DNA of 64,000 nucleotides from an uncultured delta proteobacterium (GTDB taxonomy: Bacteria; Myxococcota_A; Polyangia; Fen-1088). Positions 48,261 through 59,749 of this stretch are shown here, piece by piece (position 1 is the stretch's first letter; each line of letters begins with the position of its first letter). The translations under genes were made by a program, and so were the position numbers. The DNA is taken from positions 2,944,001-3,008,000 of the forward strand of contig CAVYGB010000008.1 of the NCBI GenBank assembly GCA_963767925.1, written 5' to 3'. The notes beneath the pieces are model-generated. The model did no database searches, had not been told where the DNA came from, and saw nothing but the letters and a program-made list of their open reading frames with translations.

Positions 48261-49439
48261 TTGTCCGAGACGCTCCAGCTCGCCTACGCGCCCGGCGTGA
48301 GCGCGATTCCGCCCGAGGAGTGGGATGCCCTCGTCGACGAGAACGACCCCTTCCTGGAGGCAGGCTTCCTGGCCGCTCTGGAACGCTCGGGCAGCGTCGG
48401 GGAGGGGACCGGCTGGTTGCCCCACTTCACGCTCGTGCGCCAGGGGGGAAAGCTGGTGGGCGCGGCCCCCAGCTACCTCAAGATGCACAGCTACGGCGAG
48501 TTCGTGTTCGACTGGAGCTGGGCGGCCGCCGCCGAGCGGGCTCGCCTGGCCTATTACCCCAAGCTGGTGGTGGCGGTCCCCTTCACGCCGGTCTCGGGGA
48601 GCCGGCTGCTGGTGCGGCCGGGCGCCGACCGGGAGGCGGTGCGGAGGGCCCTGATCGACGGCCTGCAGGCGCTGGCCGAGGAGACCGACGCCTCCTCGAT
48701 CCACGTGCTGTTTTGCCCCGACGACGAGAAGACCTTGCTCGCGGCCTGCGGGTTTTCACCCCGGGTGGGGATGCAGTTCCACTGGCGCAACCGGACGCCG
48801 GACCCCTACCCGACCTTCGACGACTTCCTGGGCGCCTTCCGCTCGCGCAACCGCAAGCAGGTGCGCCACGAGCGAGCGGTGGCGGCCGGGCACGGCCTGC
48901 GCCTGGAGACGCTGTCGGGGCCGGAGCTGTCGTCGCGGCAGTGGGGCGCCCTGCGGCGCCTGTACGACACCAACGTCGACAAACACGGGGGCGTCCGCTA
49001 CCTGTCGCCGCGGTTCTTCGACGAGATCCGCCAGGCCTTCCCCCACCGAGTGGTCGCCACTCTGGCCAGCCGGGGCGACGAGGTGGTGGCGGGCACCCTG
49101 AACTTCGAGCGGGGCCGCCACCTCTACGGCCGCTACTGGGGCGCCTTCGAGGAGCACGAGATGCTGCACTTCGAGCTCTGTTACTACCAGCTCATCGAGC
49201 GGGCGGTCGGGCGGGGACACCACCTGTTCGAGGCGGGCGCCCAGGGCGAGCACAAGCTCAAGCGGGGGCTCGACCCCAGCTACACCCACAGCGCCCACCT
49301 GATCCGCCACCCCGGCCTGGCGGCCGCCGTCGCCCGCTTCGTCGAGGGCGAGGCTCTGCACGTCGAGCAGGAGCTGGCCCACTACAAGTCCCTGTCCCCC
49401 TACGCCCGCACCCCCGGCGCCGGCCCCACCACCCCCTGA
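48261..49439 (+). CDS. FemAB-like/DUF482 GNAT-fold protein
   Basis: HSYGEFVFDWSWA, YYPKL, LYGRYWG, HFELCYYQ, EAGAQGEHK. Confidence 0.88.
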   Translation: MSETLQLAYAPGVSAIPPEEWDALVDENDPFLEAGFLAALERSGSVGEGTGWLPHFTLVRQGGKLVGAAPSYLKMHSYGEFVFDWSWAAAAERARLAYYPKLVVAVPFTPVSGSRLLVRPGADREAVRRALIDGLQALAEETDASSIHVLFCPDDEKTLLAACGFSPRVGMQFHWRNRTPDPYPTFDDFLGAFRSRNRKQVRHERAVAAGHGLRLETLSGPELSSRQWGALRRLYDTNVDKHGGVRYLSPRFFDEIRQAFPHRVVATLASRGDEVVAGTLNFERGRHLYGRYWGAFEEHEMLHFELCYYQLIERAVGRGHHLFEAGAQGEHKLKRGLDPSYTHSAHLIRHPGLAAAVARFVEGEALHVEQELAHYKSLSPYARTPGAGPTTP

Positions 49440-49494
49440 ACGCGGGCCCGGCGGGCACAGCGGGCCGGCCGGGCGCCGGTGGCGAGCCAGCGGT

Positions 49495-52017
49495 CTAGGA
49501 GACCTTCTCGGGGTCCTTCTTGTTTTCGGTCTCGCTCTCCGGCTTGTTCTCGGGCTTGCTCTTGCGCGGGCCGCGGGGGGCGCTCGGCGGAGGCGGAGGC
49601 GGAGGCGCGTAGTCGAACTTCAGGGCGCCGTCGGCGGCGTCGACGGTGACCTGACCGCCCGAGGCCAGCTGGCCGAACAGCAGCTCGTCGGTGAGGGGGC
49701 GCTTGACGAGGTCCTGGATCACGCGGCCGAGCGGGCGGGCGCCATTGAAGGGATCGAACCCCTTCTCGGCCAGGAGGGCCCGGGCGGCGGGGGTCAAGGT
49801 GAGCTGGACCTTGCGCTCGACGAGCTGGGCGCCGAGCTCGACGATGAACTTGTCGACGATCTGCCCCATGACCCGGGGATCGAGGGGGGCAAAGTCGACC
49901 TTGGCGTCCAGCCGGTTGCGGAACTCCGGCGAGAACAGCCGCTTGAAGGCCTCGTCGCTGTCCCCGAACTTCTCGCCCTGGTTGAACCCGGGCAGGCGGC
50001 GCGACAGGTCGCGGGCCCCCACGTTGCTGGTCATGATCAGCACGACGTGCCGGAAGTCGGAGGAGCGGCCGTTGTTATCGGTGAGGGAGCCGTGGTCCAT
50101 GATCTGGAGCAGGATGTTGAACAGATCGGGGTGGGCCTTCTCGATCTCGTCGAGCAGCAGCACCGAGTGGGGCGTCTTGTGGATGGCGTCGGTGAGCAAC
50201 CCACCCTGATCGAACCCCACGTAGCCGGGAGGGGCGCCGATCAGGCGCGAGACGGTGTGCCGCTCCATGTACTCCGACATATCGAAGCGCACGAAGGAGA
50301 TGCCGAGGATCTCGGCGAGCTGCTTGGCCAGCTCGGTCTTGCCCACCCCGGTGGGGCCGGCGAAGAGGAAGAATCCGATGGGCCGCCCGGGCGCGCCCAG
50401 GCCCGCCCGGTTCATGCGGATGGCGTGGGCCACCCGCTCGACCGCGTTGTCCTGGCCGAAGATCTTCCCCTTGAGCTCCCCCTCGAGGTTGCGCAGGCGC
50501 TCCCGGTCGTCGGAGGCGACCCGCTTGGGAGGGATGCGGGCCATGGTCGCCAGCACCACCTCGATGTCCTTGACCCGCACGGTGGGGGGACCGTCGTCGG
50601 GCTTGGGGTCCTTGCGGGGCAGGAGCTTCTTGCGCGCCCCCGCCTCGTCGATGAGATCGATCGCCTTGTCGGGCAGCTTGCGGTCGGCGAGGTGCCGGCT
50701 CGATAGATCGACCGCCGCCCGCAGCGACTTGTCGGTGTAGATGACCTCGTGGAACTCCTCGTAACGGCCGCGCAGGCCGCGCAGGACCTTGATGGTCTCG
50801 TCGAGGGTCGGCTCGCCCACCTCGATCGGCTGGAACCGGCGGGCCAGGGCCCGATCCTTCTCGATGTAGCTCCGGTATTCCTTGTGGGTGGTGGTGCCGA
50901 TGCAACGCAGGCGGCCCGAGGAGAGCATCGGCTTGAGCAGGTTGGAGGCGTCCATGGCCCCGCCCGAGGCGGCGCCGGCGCCGACGATGGTGTGCATCTC
51001 GTCGATGAACACGACCGCGTTTTCTTTCTCCTCGAGGGCCTTGAGCACGGCCTTGAAGCGCTCCTCGAAGTCGCCGCGGTAGCGGGTGCCCGCCACCAGG
51101 GCCCCCATGTCGAGGGCGTAGATGGTGGTCCCCTTGAGGGCGGCGGGGGCCTCCCCCAGCTCGATCTGGCGGGCGAGCCCCTCGACGATGGCGGTCTTGC
51201 CCACGCCGGCGTCGCCGACCAGCAGGGGGCTGTTCTTGCGCCGGCGGGCCAGCACGTGCAGGGCCCGCTGGATCTCCAGGCGGCGCCCGATGAGGGGATC
51301 GATCTCGCCGGCCCGGGCCCGTTCGTTCAGGTTGACGGCGTAGGCCGCCAGCGGGTCGGCCGGGGTCTCGCTGCCCCCCTCCTCGTCGGCGGCCGGGGGG
51401 ATGCCGCCCGCGGCGCCCGGCTGCTTGGCGGGCAGCAGCTTGGAGATGCCGTGGGACATGAAGCTGACCACGTCGAGGCGGCTGATGCCCTCCTCGCGCA
51501 GGAAGTGGACGGCGTGTGACTCCGGCTCGGAGAACATCGCCACCAGCACATTGGGCCCGGTGGCCTCCGAGCGCCCGGCGCCCACCACGTGGTTGATGGC
51601 CCGCTGCACGACCCGGGCGAAGCCGAGGGTCGGCTGGGCCCGCCGAGGGTCGTCCTCCGACTTGGTCTCCTGGTCGGCGTCGCTCGCGTCGTCGTCTGCC
51701 TCGTCGTCGTCCTGGTCGTTTTTCTGGTCGTCCGGATCGTCGCCCTGGGCCTCGACCTCGCGGTCGTCCTCGTCCTCGTCTTCGCTGTCGTCGGCCTGCT
51801 GGCCAGCCAGCTCGGGGGTGATCTCGTCGGACAGGAACCGCTCGAGCTTGCCCCGCACCCGGGGCAAGGAGCCGCCGCACTGCTTGATCACGTCGGCGGT
51901 GCGATCATCGTCGAGCAGGGCCAGGAGCAGGTGCTCCAGCCCGGAAAATTCGTGCTTGCGCCGGGTGGCGTCCTCCAGCGCCTGACGGATGGCGCGTTCG
52001 AGCTCTTTGCTCAGCAT
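49495..52017 (-). CDS. clpA: ATP-dependent Clp protease ATP-binding subunit ClpA
   Basis: Two AAA modules ([16 protein letters not shown]), no M-domain, PGF loop, downstream of clpS. Confidence 0.96.
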   Translation of the reverse strand: MLSKELERAIRQALEDATRRKHEFSGLEHLLLALLDDDRTADVIKQCGGSLPRVRGKLERFLSDEITPELAGQQADDSEDEDEDDREVEAQGDDPDDQKNDQDDDEADDDASDADQETKSEDDPRRAQPTLGFARVVQRAINHVVGAGRSEATGPNVLVAMFSEPESHAVHFLREEGISRLDVVSFMSHGISKLLPAKQPGAAGGIPPAADEEGGSETPADPLAAYAVNLNERARAGEIDPLIGRRLEIQRALHVLARRRKNSPLLVGDAGVGKTAIVEGLARQIELGEAPAALKGTTIYALDMGALVAGTRYRGDFEERFKAVLKALEEKENAVVFIDEMHTIVGAGAASGGAMDASNLLKPMLSSGRLRCIGTTTHKEYRSYIEKDRALARRFQPIEVGEPTLDETIKVLRGLRGRYEEFHEVIYTDKSLRAAVDLSSRHLADRKLPDKAIDLIDEAGARKKLLPRKDPKPDDGPPTVRVKDIEVVLATMARIPPKRVASDDRERLRNLEGELKGKIFGQDNAVERVAHAIRMNRAGLGAPGRPIGFFLFAGPTGVGKTELAKQLAEILGISFVRFDMSEYMERHTVSRLIGAPPGYVGFDQGGLLTDAIHKTPHSVLLLDEIEKAHPDLFNILLQIMDHGSLTDNNGRSSDFRHVVLIMTSNVGARDLSRRLPGFNQGEKFGDSDEAFKRLFSPEFRNRLDAKVDFAPLDPRVMGQIVDKFIVELGAQLVERKVQLTLTPAARALLAEKGFDPFNGARPLGRVIQDLVKRPLTDELLFGQLASGGQVTVDAADGALKFDYAPPPPPPPSAPRGPRKSKPENKPESETENKKDPEKVS

Positions 52018-52024
52018 GATCCCT

Positions 52025-52357
52025 TCATTCCCCGCTTTGTCGGCGGACCGAACACTGCAGCGGCATCTCGTGCTCGCGTGCGAAGCGCACCACCTGGCTG
52101 GCCTTGGTCTCGGCCACGTCGTAGGTGTAGATGCCCGCCACGCCGAGGCCCTTTGTGTGCACGTGCAACATGATCTGGGTGGCGGCGGTCTCGTCGTGAT
52201 GAAAGAACTTCATCAGCACGAAGACCACGAACTCCTGGGTGGTGTAGTCGTCGTTGTGCAGCAGGACCTCGTAGAGCTTGGGCCGCTCGACCTTCGGTCG
52301 GTCGATGGTTGCTAGCTCCCGCTCCTTGGCAGGCTTGAGATCCTTTGGTTCGGCCAT
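52025..52357 (-). CDS. clpS: Clp protease adaptor ClpS
   Basis: LHNDDYTTQEFV, MLHVH, AETK. Confidence 0.96.
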   Translation of the reverse strand: MAEPKDLKPAKERELATIDRPKVERPKLYEVLLHNDDYTTQEFVVFVLMKFFHHDETAATQIMLHVHTKGLGVAGIYTYDVAETKASQVVRFAREHEMPLQCSVRRQSGE

Positions 52358-52526
52358 CGTGTATGCGCTCGGTTACTCCTAGATTGTCACGACTACACGC
52401 GCGATCAAGGAGACCGGGACCCTGAGAGGGTCCCGGACCCCCCGCGAAGCTCCGCACGCGGAGACGTACTGGGGGCTGGCGGGGGTGGGGTGTTTCGGGG
52501 GAGGCGGGCGGGCGTATACTTCCTGG

Positions 52527-53900
52527 ATGGATCTCGCGGGTTTCGATGGCGCTGCGTTTGGCGACCGAAGGGGGCGGGTTGCCCGCCGGCTCGAGGATCG
52601 GCCTGCCCTGCTGCCCTCCAGCACGGTGCGACCTCGCAACTACGCCGCCAACACCTTTCCCTTCCGCGCGGCGAGCCACTTCCTCTACCTGTTCGGGCTC
52701 CCGCTGCGCGGTGCCTACGGCCACTACGACGGCGCGACCTGGACGGTGTATGCGCCCCGCCCCGAGCCGGACGCGGCTCTCTGGCACGGCGCCGAGCCGG
52801 GGCTCGAGGAGCTGGCGGTCACCCTGGGCTGTCCGGTGCGCCCGCTCGAGGAGCTGGCGGCCGCCCTGGCCCGGCGACCGGCCGCGACCCTGCCGGCGCC
52901 CGACCTCGAGACCTGTGAGGCCCAGGCGCAGTGGCTGGGCCGTCCGGTCCGTCCCGGGACCTTCGCCCCGATCGACGAGCCGCTGGCCGACGCCATGGTC
53001 GAGGTGCGCTTGATCCACGACGAGGCCGCCGTGCGCGAGCTGCGCCTGGCCGCCTCCGGCACCGCGGCCGCCCACGCCGCCGGCATGTCCGCCACCCGCC
53101 CCGGTGTACGCGAGTTTGCCGTGCGGGCGGCGATGGAGGCCGCCCTGCTCGAGCGGGGCATGACGGTGTCGTATGGATCGATCGTGACGGTGCACGGGGA
53201 GGTCCTGCACAACGAGACTCACCACCACGTGCTCGACAAGCGCGATCTGCTCCTCGCCGACGTGGGGGCCGAGACAGCCGCCGGCTGGGCGGGCGACGTG
53301 ACCCGCACCTGGCCGGTGTCCGGCCATTACTCGCCGACCCAGCGCGACCTGTACGAGGTGGTGCTGGCCGCGCAGCGCGCTACGATCGACGCCGTGCGCC
53401 CGGGGGTGCGCTACCGCGATCTCCATCTCCTGGCGGCGCGCGCCCTGGCCAAGGGCCTCGTCGGGCTCGGCATCTTGCGGGGCGATCCCGAGGAGCTGCT
53501 CGCCGACGGCGTGGTGTACCTCCTGTTCCCGCACGGTATCGGCCACCTGCTGGGCCTCGACGTGCACGACATGGAGGACCTCGGGGACCGGGCCGGCTAC
53601 CTGGCGGGGCGCAAACGCTCGCCGGACTTCGGGATCCGTTATCTGCGGCTGGATCGCGACCTGGTCCCGGGCATGGCGGTGACCATCGAGCCCGGCATCT
53701 ACATCGTGCCCGCCATCCTGGGCGACCCGACCCTGACCGCCCGCGCCCGCGACCGCCTGGATCGCACCCGCCTGGCCCAGTTCTCCGACGTCCGCGGCAT
53801 CCGCATCGAGGACGACGTCCTGGTCACCACCTCCGGCCACGAGGTGCTGACCGCCGAGATCCCCAAGACCCGCTCCGCCATCGAAGAAGCGATGTCCTGA
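52527..53900 (+). CDS. pepP: Xaa-Pro aminopeptidase (M24B)
   Basis: LH, DVG, DVTRT, HGIGHLLGLDVHD, TIEPG, GIRIEDD. Confidence 0.9.
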   Translation: MDLAGFDGAAFGDRRGRVARRLEDRPALLPSSTVRPRNYAANTFPFRAASHFLYLFGLPLRGAYGHYDGATWTVYAPRPEPDAALWHGAEPGLEELAVTLGCPVRPLEELAAALARRPAATLPAPDLETCEAQAQWLGRPVRPGTFAPIDEPLADAMVEVRLIHDEAAVRELRLAASGTAAAHAAGMSATRPGVREFAVRAAMEAALLERGMTVSYGSIVTVHGEVLHNETHHHVLDKRDLLLADVGAETAAGWAGDVTRTWPVSGHYSPTQRDLYEVVLAAQRATIDAVRPGVRYRDLHLLAARALAKGLVGLGILRGDPEELLADGVVYLLFPHGIGHLLGLDVHDMEDLGDRAGYLAGRKRSPDFGIRYLRLDRDLVPGMAVTIEPGIYIVPAILGDPTLTARARDRLDRTRLAQFSDVRGIRIEDDVLVTTSGHEVLTAEIPKTRSAIEEAMS

Positions 53901-53908
53901 GGCAGGCC

Positions 53909-53931
53909 GAGGGGGCCTACGGCGCCCCCTC
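53909..53931. terminator. Hairpin between convergent pepP and fabF
   Basis: gagggggc-ctacggc-gccccctc. Confidence 0.45.
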
Positions 53932-53964
53932 CCCCTCTCCTGCGGCGCTCGCTAGCGCGACGCT

Positions 53965-55212
<1,248 letters not shown>

Positions 55213-55308
55213 GAACGTACTGTCTCCTTGACGAAAAGGGGACTTACCGCGCGCAACCGCGCGATGCCCGCGCAATCTGTTTGCTGCTGGAAAGGACGGC
55301 CAGCGCGC

Positions 55309-55548
55309 CTACTTGGAGCGCGCCTTGATGTAGTTGACCGCGTCGCCCACGGTCTTGATTTTTTCGGTGTCCTCGTCGGGAATCTCGATCTTGAACGCCT
55401 CTTCGAGCGCGAGGACCAGCTCGACGATGGCCAGCGAGTCGGCCTTCAGGTCCTCGGTGAAGGAGGCGCTCGCGACCACCTTGTCGACCGGGACCTCGAG
55501 CTGCTCGACGATAATCTTGCTCACGCGCTCTTCGATGCTGTCCGCCAT
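55309..55548 (-). CDS. acpP: Acyl carrier protein
   Basis: [18 protein letters not shown]. Confidence 0.96.
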   Translation of the reverse strand: MADSIEERVSKIIVEQLEVPVDKVVASASFTEDLKADSLAIVELVLALEEAFKIEIPDEDTEKIKTVGDAVNYIKARSK

Positions 55549-55621
55549 GTTCAGGATCCTTTTCTACTATCGTTTCTGAGGCCCTTGCGGGCGGGGGCAA
55601 CTTACAACGAGACGCGCGTCC

Positions 55622-56377
55622 TCACATCAACAGACCACCGTTGACGCGCAGGACCTGGCCCGTGATATACGACGCGCCCGGTCCCGCCAGGAAGGCGACG
55701 GCGTGGGCTACATCCTCCGGCTTGCCGACCCGGCCCAGCGGAATGCCCTGCATGATCGTCTCGCGCCGCTCGGGCGGCAGATCGGCGGCGGTCATGTCGG
55801 TGTCGATGAAGCCAGGTGAGACCGCGTTGACGGTCACGCCGCGCGACGAATACTCCCGGGCCCAGGTCTTCGTGAGCCCGATGATGCCAGCCTTGGCCGC
55901 CACGTAGGGCCCCTGCCCCGCCGATCCCATCTCGCCCACCACCGAGGTGATGTTGATGATGCGGCCGTCGGCCCGGGCCCGCATCAAGGCCCGCAAGGCG
56001 GCGCGCGTGCAGGCCACCGTGCCGCCGAGGTTGACGTCGAGGGCCCGCTTCCAGTCGGCGTCCTTGGAGCCAAGGGTCAAGGCGTTGACCGCGATGCCGG
56101 CGTTGTTGACCAGGATGTGGATGCCCCCTTCGCTGGCCACGATCTCCTTGAAGGCGGCGTCCACCGCCTCGGAGCTCGAGATGTCGAAGCGCAGGGGGAC
56201 CGCCGTGCCTCCCGCCGCCGCCACCATCTGGACGGTGTCGACCGCCGCCGGCTCGTTGGAGGTGTAGTTGACCACCACCCGGGCGCCGCGCGCGCCCAGC
56301 ACCACCGCGATGGCCCGGCCGATGCCACGTGACCCGCCGGTCACCACCGCTACTTTATTTTCCAGCTCACGCGTCAT
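55622..56377 (-). CDS. fabG: 3-oxoacyl-ACP reductase
   Basis: TGGSRGIG, NNAG, YVAAK; position in fab operon. Confidence 0.93.
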   Translation of the reverse strand: MTRELENKVAVVTGGSRGIGRAIAVVLGARGARVVVNYTSNEPAAVDTVQMVAAAGGTAVPLRFDISSSEAVDAAFKEIVASEGGIHILVNNAGIAVNALTLGSKDADWKRALDVNLGGTVACTRAALRALMRARADGRIINITSVVGEMGSAGQGPYVAAKAGIIGLTKTWAREYSSRGVTVNAVSPGFIDTDMTAADLPPERRETIMQGIPLGRVGKPEDVAHAVAFLAGPGASYITGQVLRVNGGLLM

Positions 56378-56396
56378 GTTCACCGCTCCTCTCTGG

Positions 56397-57410
56397 TCAT
56401 CCGGCAGAGGGTTCCGAGCCGCCCGCGCTGCGCGCGCTGGGGGCCGAACCGCCGCCACCTGCCGGACCTGGTCCGTCGGTCGTCTGATCGATGAGGCGGG
56501 CGAAAGAGTCGGGGTCGGCGACCGAGGTCACCGTCAGGGCGGGCACGATCCGCTTCAGCAGGCCGGCGAGCACGGCGCCGGCGCCCAGCTCGAGCGCCTC
56601 GCTGCCGCCCAGGGCGGCCAGCTTCTGCATCGATTCTTCCCAGCGCACCGGGGCGGTCACCTGCGCGACAAGCAGCGCGCGCAGGCGCTCGGGGTCCTCG
56701 CAGGGGGTCGCCTCCACGTTTGTCAGCACCGGCACCCGGGGGCGGGCCAGGGGTAGGCCGGCCAGCGCGCCGGCCAGCCGCTCGGCGGCCGGCCGCATGA
56801 GGGCACAGTGGAAGGGGGCGCTCACCGCCAGGGGCACCGCCCGCTTGGCCCCCCGCTCCTTGAGGAGCTGCACCGCCCGATCGACGGCGGGGCGGGCGCC
56901 GGCGATGACCACCTGGCCGCCGCCATTGAAGTTGGCCGCCGAGACAACCGCGCCGGTCTCCGCCGCCGCCTCGCTGCAGGCCGCGCTGACCTGATCGGCG
57001 GGCAGGCCCAGGATGGCGGCCATGCTGCCGACCCCCGGGGGGACCGCCTCCTGCATGAAGGTGCCGCGCAGGTGCACGAGCCGGACGGCGTCGGCGAGGG
57101 TGAGAGCCCCCGCCGCCACCAGGGCGGAGTATTCCCCCAGGGAGTGGCCGGCGACGATCTCCGGGCGCAGCGCCGTACGGGCCTCGATCACCCGCAGGAC
57201 GGCGATGCTGGTGGTGAGGATGGCGGGCTGGGCGTTGGCGGTCAGCGCCAGCTCGGCCTCGGGCCCCTCGAAGCAGAGTCGGGAGAGAGGTCGCCCCAGG
57301 GCGGCGTCGGCTTCGTCGAAGACGGCGCGGGCCTCGGGGTAGGCCGCGCAGAGCGCCTGGCCCATGCCGATCTTCTGGGAGCCCTGGCCCGGAAACAGGA
57401 AAGCGCGCAT
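56397..57410 (-). CDS. fabD: Malonyl-CoA:ACP transacylase
   Basis: FPGQGSQ, GHSLGEY, SAPFH. Confidence 0.96.
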   Translation of the reverse strand: MRAFLFPGQGSQKIGMGQALCAAYPEARAVFDEADAALGRPLSRLCFEGPEAELALTANAQPAILTTSIAVLRVIEARTALRPEIVAGHSLGEYSALVAAGALTLADAVRLVHLRGTFMQEAVPPGVGSMAAILGLPADQVSAACSEAAAETGAVVSAANFNGGGQVVIAGARPAVDRAVQLLKERGAKRAVPLAVSAPFHCALMRPAAERLAGALAGLPLARPRVPVLTNVEATPCEDPERLRALLVAQVTAPVRWEESMQKLAALGGSEALELGAGAVLAGLLKRIVPALTVTSVADPDSFARLIDQTTDGPGPAGGGGSAPSARSAGGSEPSAG

Positions 57411-57417
57411 CGACCGG

Positions 57418-58404
57418 TCACCACCTCATGACGGCGGAGCCCCAGGCCAGCCCACCCCCCAGCGCCGTGAACAGGAGGAGGTCGCCCGCCTTGACCCGCC
57501 CCTGCTCCAGCGCCTCGTCGAGCGAGATGGGCAGGGTGGCCGAGGAGGTGTTGCCGTAGCGGGAGATGTTGAGGAAGAAACGATCCATCGGGATCCCGAC
57601 CCGCTCGGCCACCCCCTCGATGATCCGGATGTTGGCCTGGTGGGCGAACACGGTTGTCACCTGGTCGGCGTGCAGGCCGTTGGCCGCGAGCGCCGCCGCG
57701 GAGGCCGAGGCCATGTTGCGGACCGCGTGTTTGTAGACCTCGCGGCCGTTCATGTGCACGAGGTGCTCGCGGGCCTCGATCCGCTCGGGGGTGATCGGCA
57801 CCCGGGTGCCGCCCGCCTTGATGTTGAGGATGTCGGTGAAGTTGCCGTCGGCGTGCAGGTGGGTCGAGAGGATGCCCCGGCCCTCGGACTCGGGCTCCGG
57901 GACCAGCACCGCCGCCCCCGCCCCGTCGCCGAACAGGACGGCCGTGTTCCGGTCCTTCCAGTCGACGATGCGCGACAGGATCTCCACCCCGATGATGAGC
58001 ACCCGCTTGAACATGCCCCGCCCGATGAAGCCGTCGGCGGTCGACATGGCGTAGAGGAAGCCGGCGCAGGCGGCCGACAGGTCGAAGGCGGCCCCGCCCG
58101 GCCGGGCCCCCAGCTTCTTTTGCACGTAGACCGCGGTGGCCGGGAAGGGGTGATCGGGGGTCACGGTGCCCACGATGATGCAGTCGATGCTGGCCGGATC
58201 GATGCCGGCGGACTGGCAGGCCCGGCGGCCCGCCTCGGTGGCGAGGTCGCTGGTGGCGAGGGCGGGATCCAGGATGCGGCGCTCGCGGATGCCGGTGCGC
58301 TCGACGATCCAGGTGTCGGAGGTGTCCACCATCTTCTCGAGATCGGCGTTGGTGAGCACCTTCTCGGGTACGCCCCGTCCGGTTCCTACGATGCGACTTC
58401 TCAC
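57418..58404 (-). CDS. fabH: 3-oxoacyl-ACP synthase III
   Basis: AACAGF, HQAN, GNTSSA; GTGA overlap with plsX stop. Confidence 0.95.
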   Translation of the reverse strand: MRSRIVGTGRGVPEKVLTNADLEKMVDTSDTWIVERTGIRERRILDPALATSDLATEAGRRACQSAGIDPASIDCIIVGTVTPDHPFPATAVYVQKKLGARPGGAAFDLSAACAGFLYAMSTADGFIGRGMFKRVLIIGVEILSRIVDWKDRNTAVLFGDGAGAAVLVPEPESEGRGILSTHLHADGNFTDILNIKAGGTRVPITPERIEAREHLVHMNGREVYKHAVRNMASASAAALAANGLHADQVTTVFAHQANIRIIEGVAERVGIPMDRFFLNISRYGNTSSATLPISLDEALEQGRVKAGDLLLFTALGGGLAWGSAVMRW

Positions 58405-59483
58405 GACGGCATTCCTCCGGCCGATGTGCCCGACGGCGTGGATTGTTCCCGCCACAAAAAAGCGTGCCCGCTGACGGCCTGGCGCAGCTCGCGGGCCAGG
58501 TCGAGCCGGGCGAACCGACGGGCGGCCAGGATGGCGTTCTTGATGGCCCGGGCGTCCGAGCCGCCGTGGGAGATCAGCGCCACCCCCTCGACGCCCAGCA
58601 GGGGGGCGCCGCCGGTCTCGGCGTAGTCGGTCTTGCGGCGGAACCGGCGCAGGGCGGGCTTCATCAGGAGCGCGCCCAGCTTCTCGAGCAGGCTGCCCCC
58701 CCGCACCTCGGCCGCCACCATGTGAAAGACCGCCTCGGCCAGGCTCTCGAGGCCCTTGAGCAGGACGTTGCCGGTGAAGCCGTCGGTCACGATGACGTCG
58801 ACGTCACCCTGGAAGATGTCCCGGCCCTCGACGTAGCCGACGTAATCGAACTCGGCCACGCCGGAGCGGGCCCGCTGCAGCAGGGCGTGGGTCTCGCGGG
58901 TGAGGGCGGTCCCCTTGTGCTCCTCGGCCCCGTTCGAGAGCAGCCCCACCTGGGGGCGTTTCTTCTCGTGATTGAGGCGGGCGTAGACCGAGCCGAGCAC
59001 GGCGAACTGGGCCAGCACCTGCGGCCGGGGGTCGACGTTGGCCCCCATGTCGAGCAGGGCGCACTGGCCCTTCATGGTGGGGAAGGTCGTGACGATGGCC
59101 GGGCGCTCCACGCCCGCCGAGCGGCCCAGCACGAACAGCCCGGCGGCCATCATGGCCCCCGAGTTGCCCGCCGAGACGAGGGCCTGCGCCTCGCCGGTCT
59201 TCACGAGGTCGAAGCAACACCTCATCGAGGAGCGCTTCTTTCCGCGCACCGCCGCCGCCGGGGGGTCGTGCATGGTGATGACCTCGGGCGCGTGGGACAC
59301 CCGCACGCGCTCGGGCAGGCCCCCGGGCGCGACCTCGGACAGGGCTCTGCCGACGCGTGTCTCGTCGCCGACGAGCACGATCTCCAGATCCGGTTCCTGC
59401 ACGGCCGACAGGGCGGCCTCCACCTCGACGCGGGGAGCGCTGTCCGATCCCATCGCGTCGACGGCGATGCGGATTCGGGTCAG
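58401..59483 (-). CDS. plsX: Phosphate acyltransferase PlsX
   Basis: IAVDAMGSD, SAGNSGA, DMGAN, TDGFTGN; probable CTG start. Confidence 0.95.
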   Translation of the reverse strand: MTRIRIAVDAMGSDSAPRVEVEAALSAVQEPDLEIVLVGDETRVGRALSEVAPGGLPERVRVSHAPEVITMHDPPAAAVRGKKRSSMRCCFDLVKTGEAQALVSAGNSGAMMAAGLFVLGRSAGVERPAIVTTFPTMKGQCALLDMGANVDPRPQVLAQFAVLGSVYARLNHEKKRPQVGLLSNGAEEHKGTALTRETHALLQRARSGVAEFDYVGYVEGRDIFQGDVDVIVTDGFTGNVLLKGLESLAEAVFHMVAAEVRGGSLLEKLGALLMKPALRRFRRKTDYAETGGAPLLGVEGVALISHGGSDARAIKNAILAARRFARLDLARELRQAVSGHAFLWREQSTPSGTSAGGMPS

Positions 59484-59674
59484 GTGTTCTCCTCTTCTTT
59501 GCGCTCCACGACGAGGCGATCTTTGTAGTACCCGCAAGACGCGCAGACGCGGTGGGGGAGCTGCTTCTCGCCACAGCGCGGGCAGGGGATCACCTGCGGG
59601 ACCGGCTGCTTCATCACCTGCGCTCGCCGGATGGCGGAACGCGACTTGGACTGTCTTCTCTTCTGAACGGCCAT
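59480..59674 (-). CDS. rpmF: 50S ribosomal protein L32 (zinc-binding form)
   Basis: MAVQKRRQSKSR, CPRC..PHRVCASCGYY. Confidence 0.95.
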   Translation of the reverse strand: MAVQKRRQSKSRSAIRRAQVMKQPVPQVIPCPRCGEKQLPHRVCASCGYYKDRLVVERKEEENT

Positions 59675-59749
59675 GGCTTCTCCTGGTTGGGCGCTGGTCG
59701 GCTCCTGCGCGGCTCTCTTCGGTCCTGGTAGCTCTTGCTCAGCTCTCGC

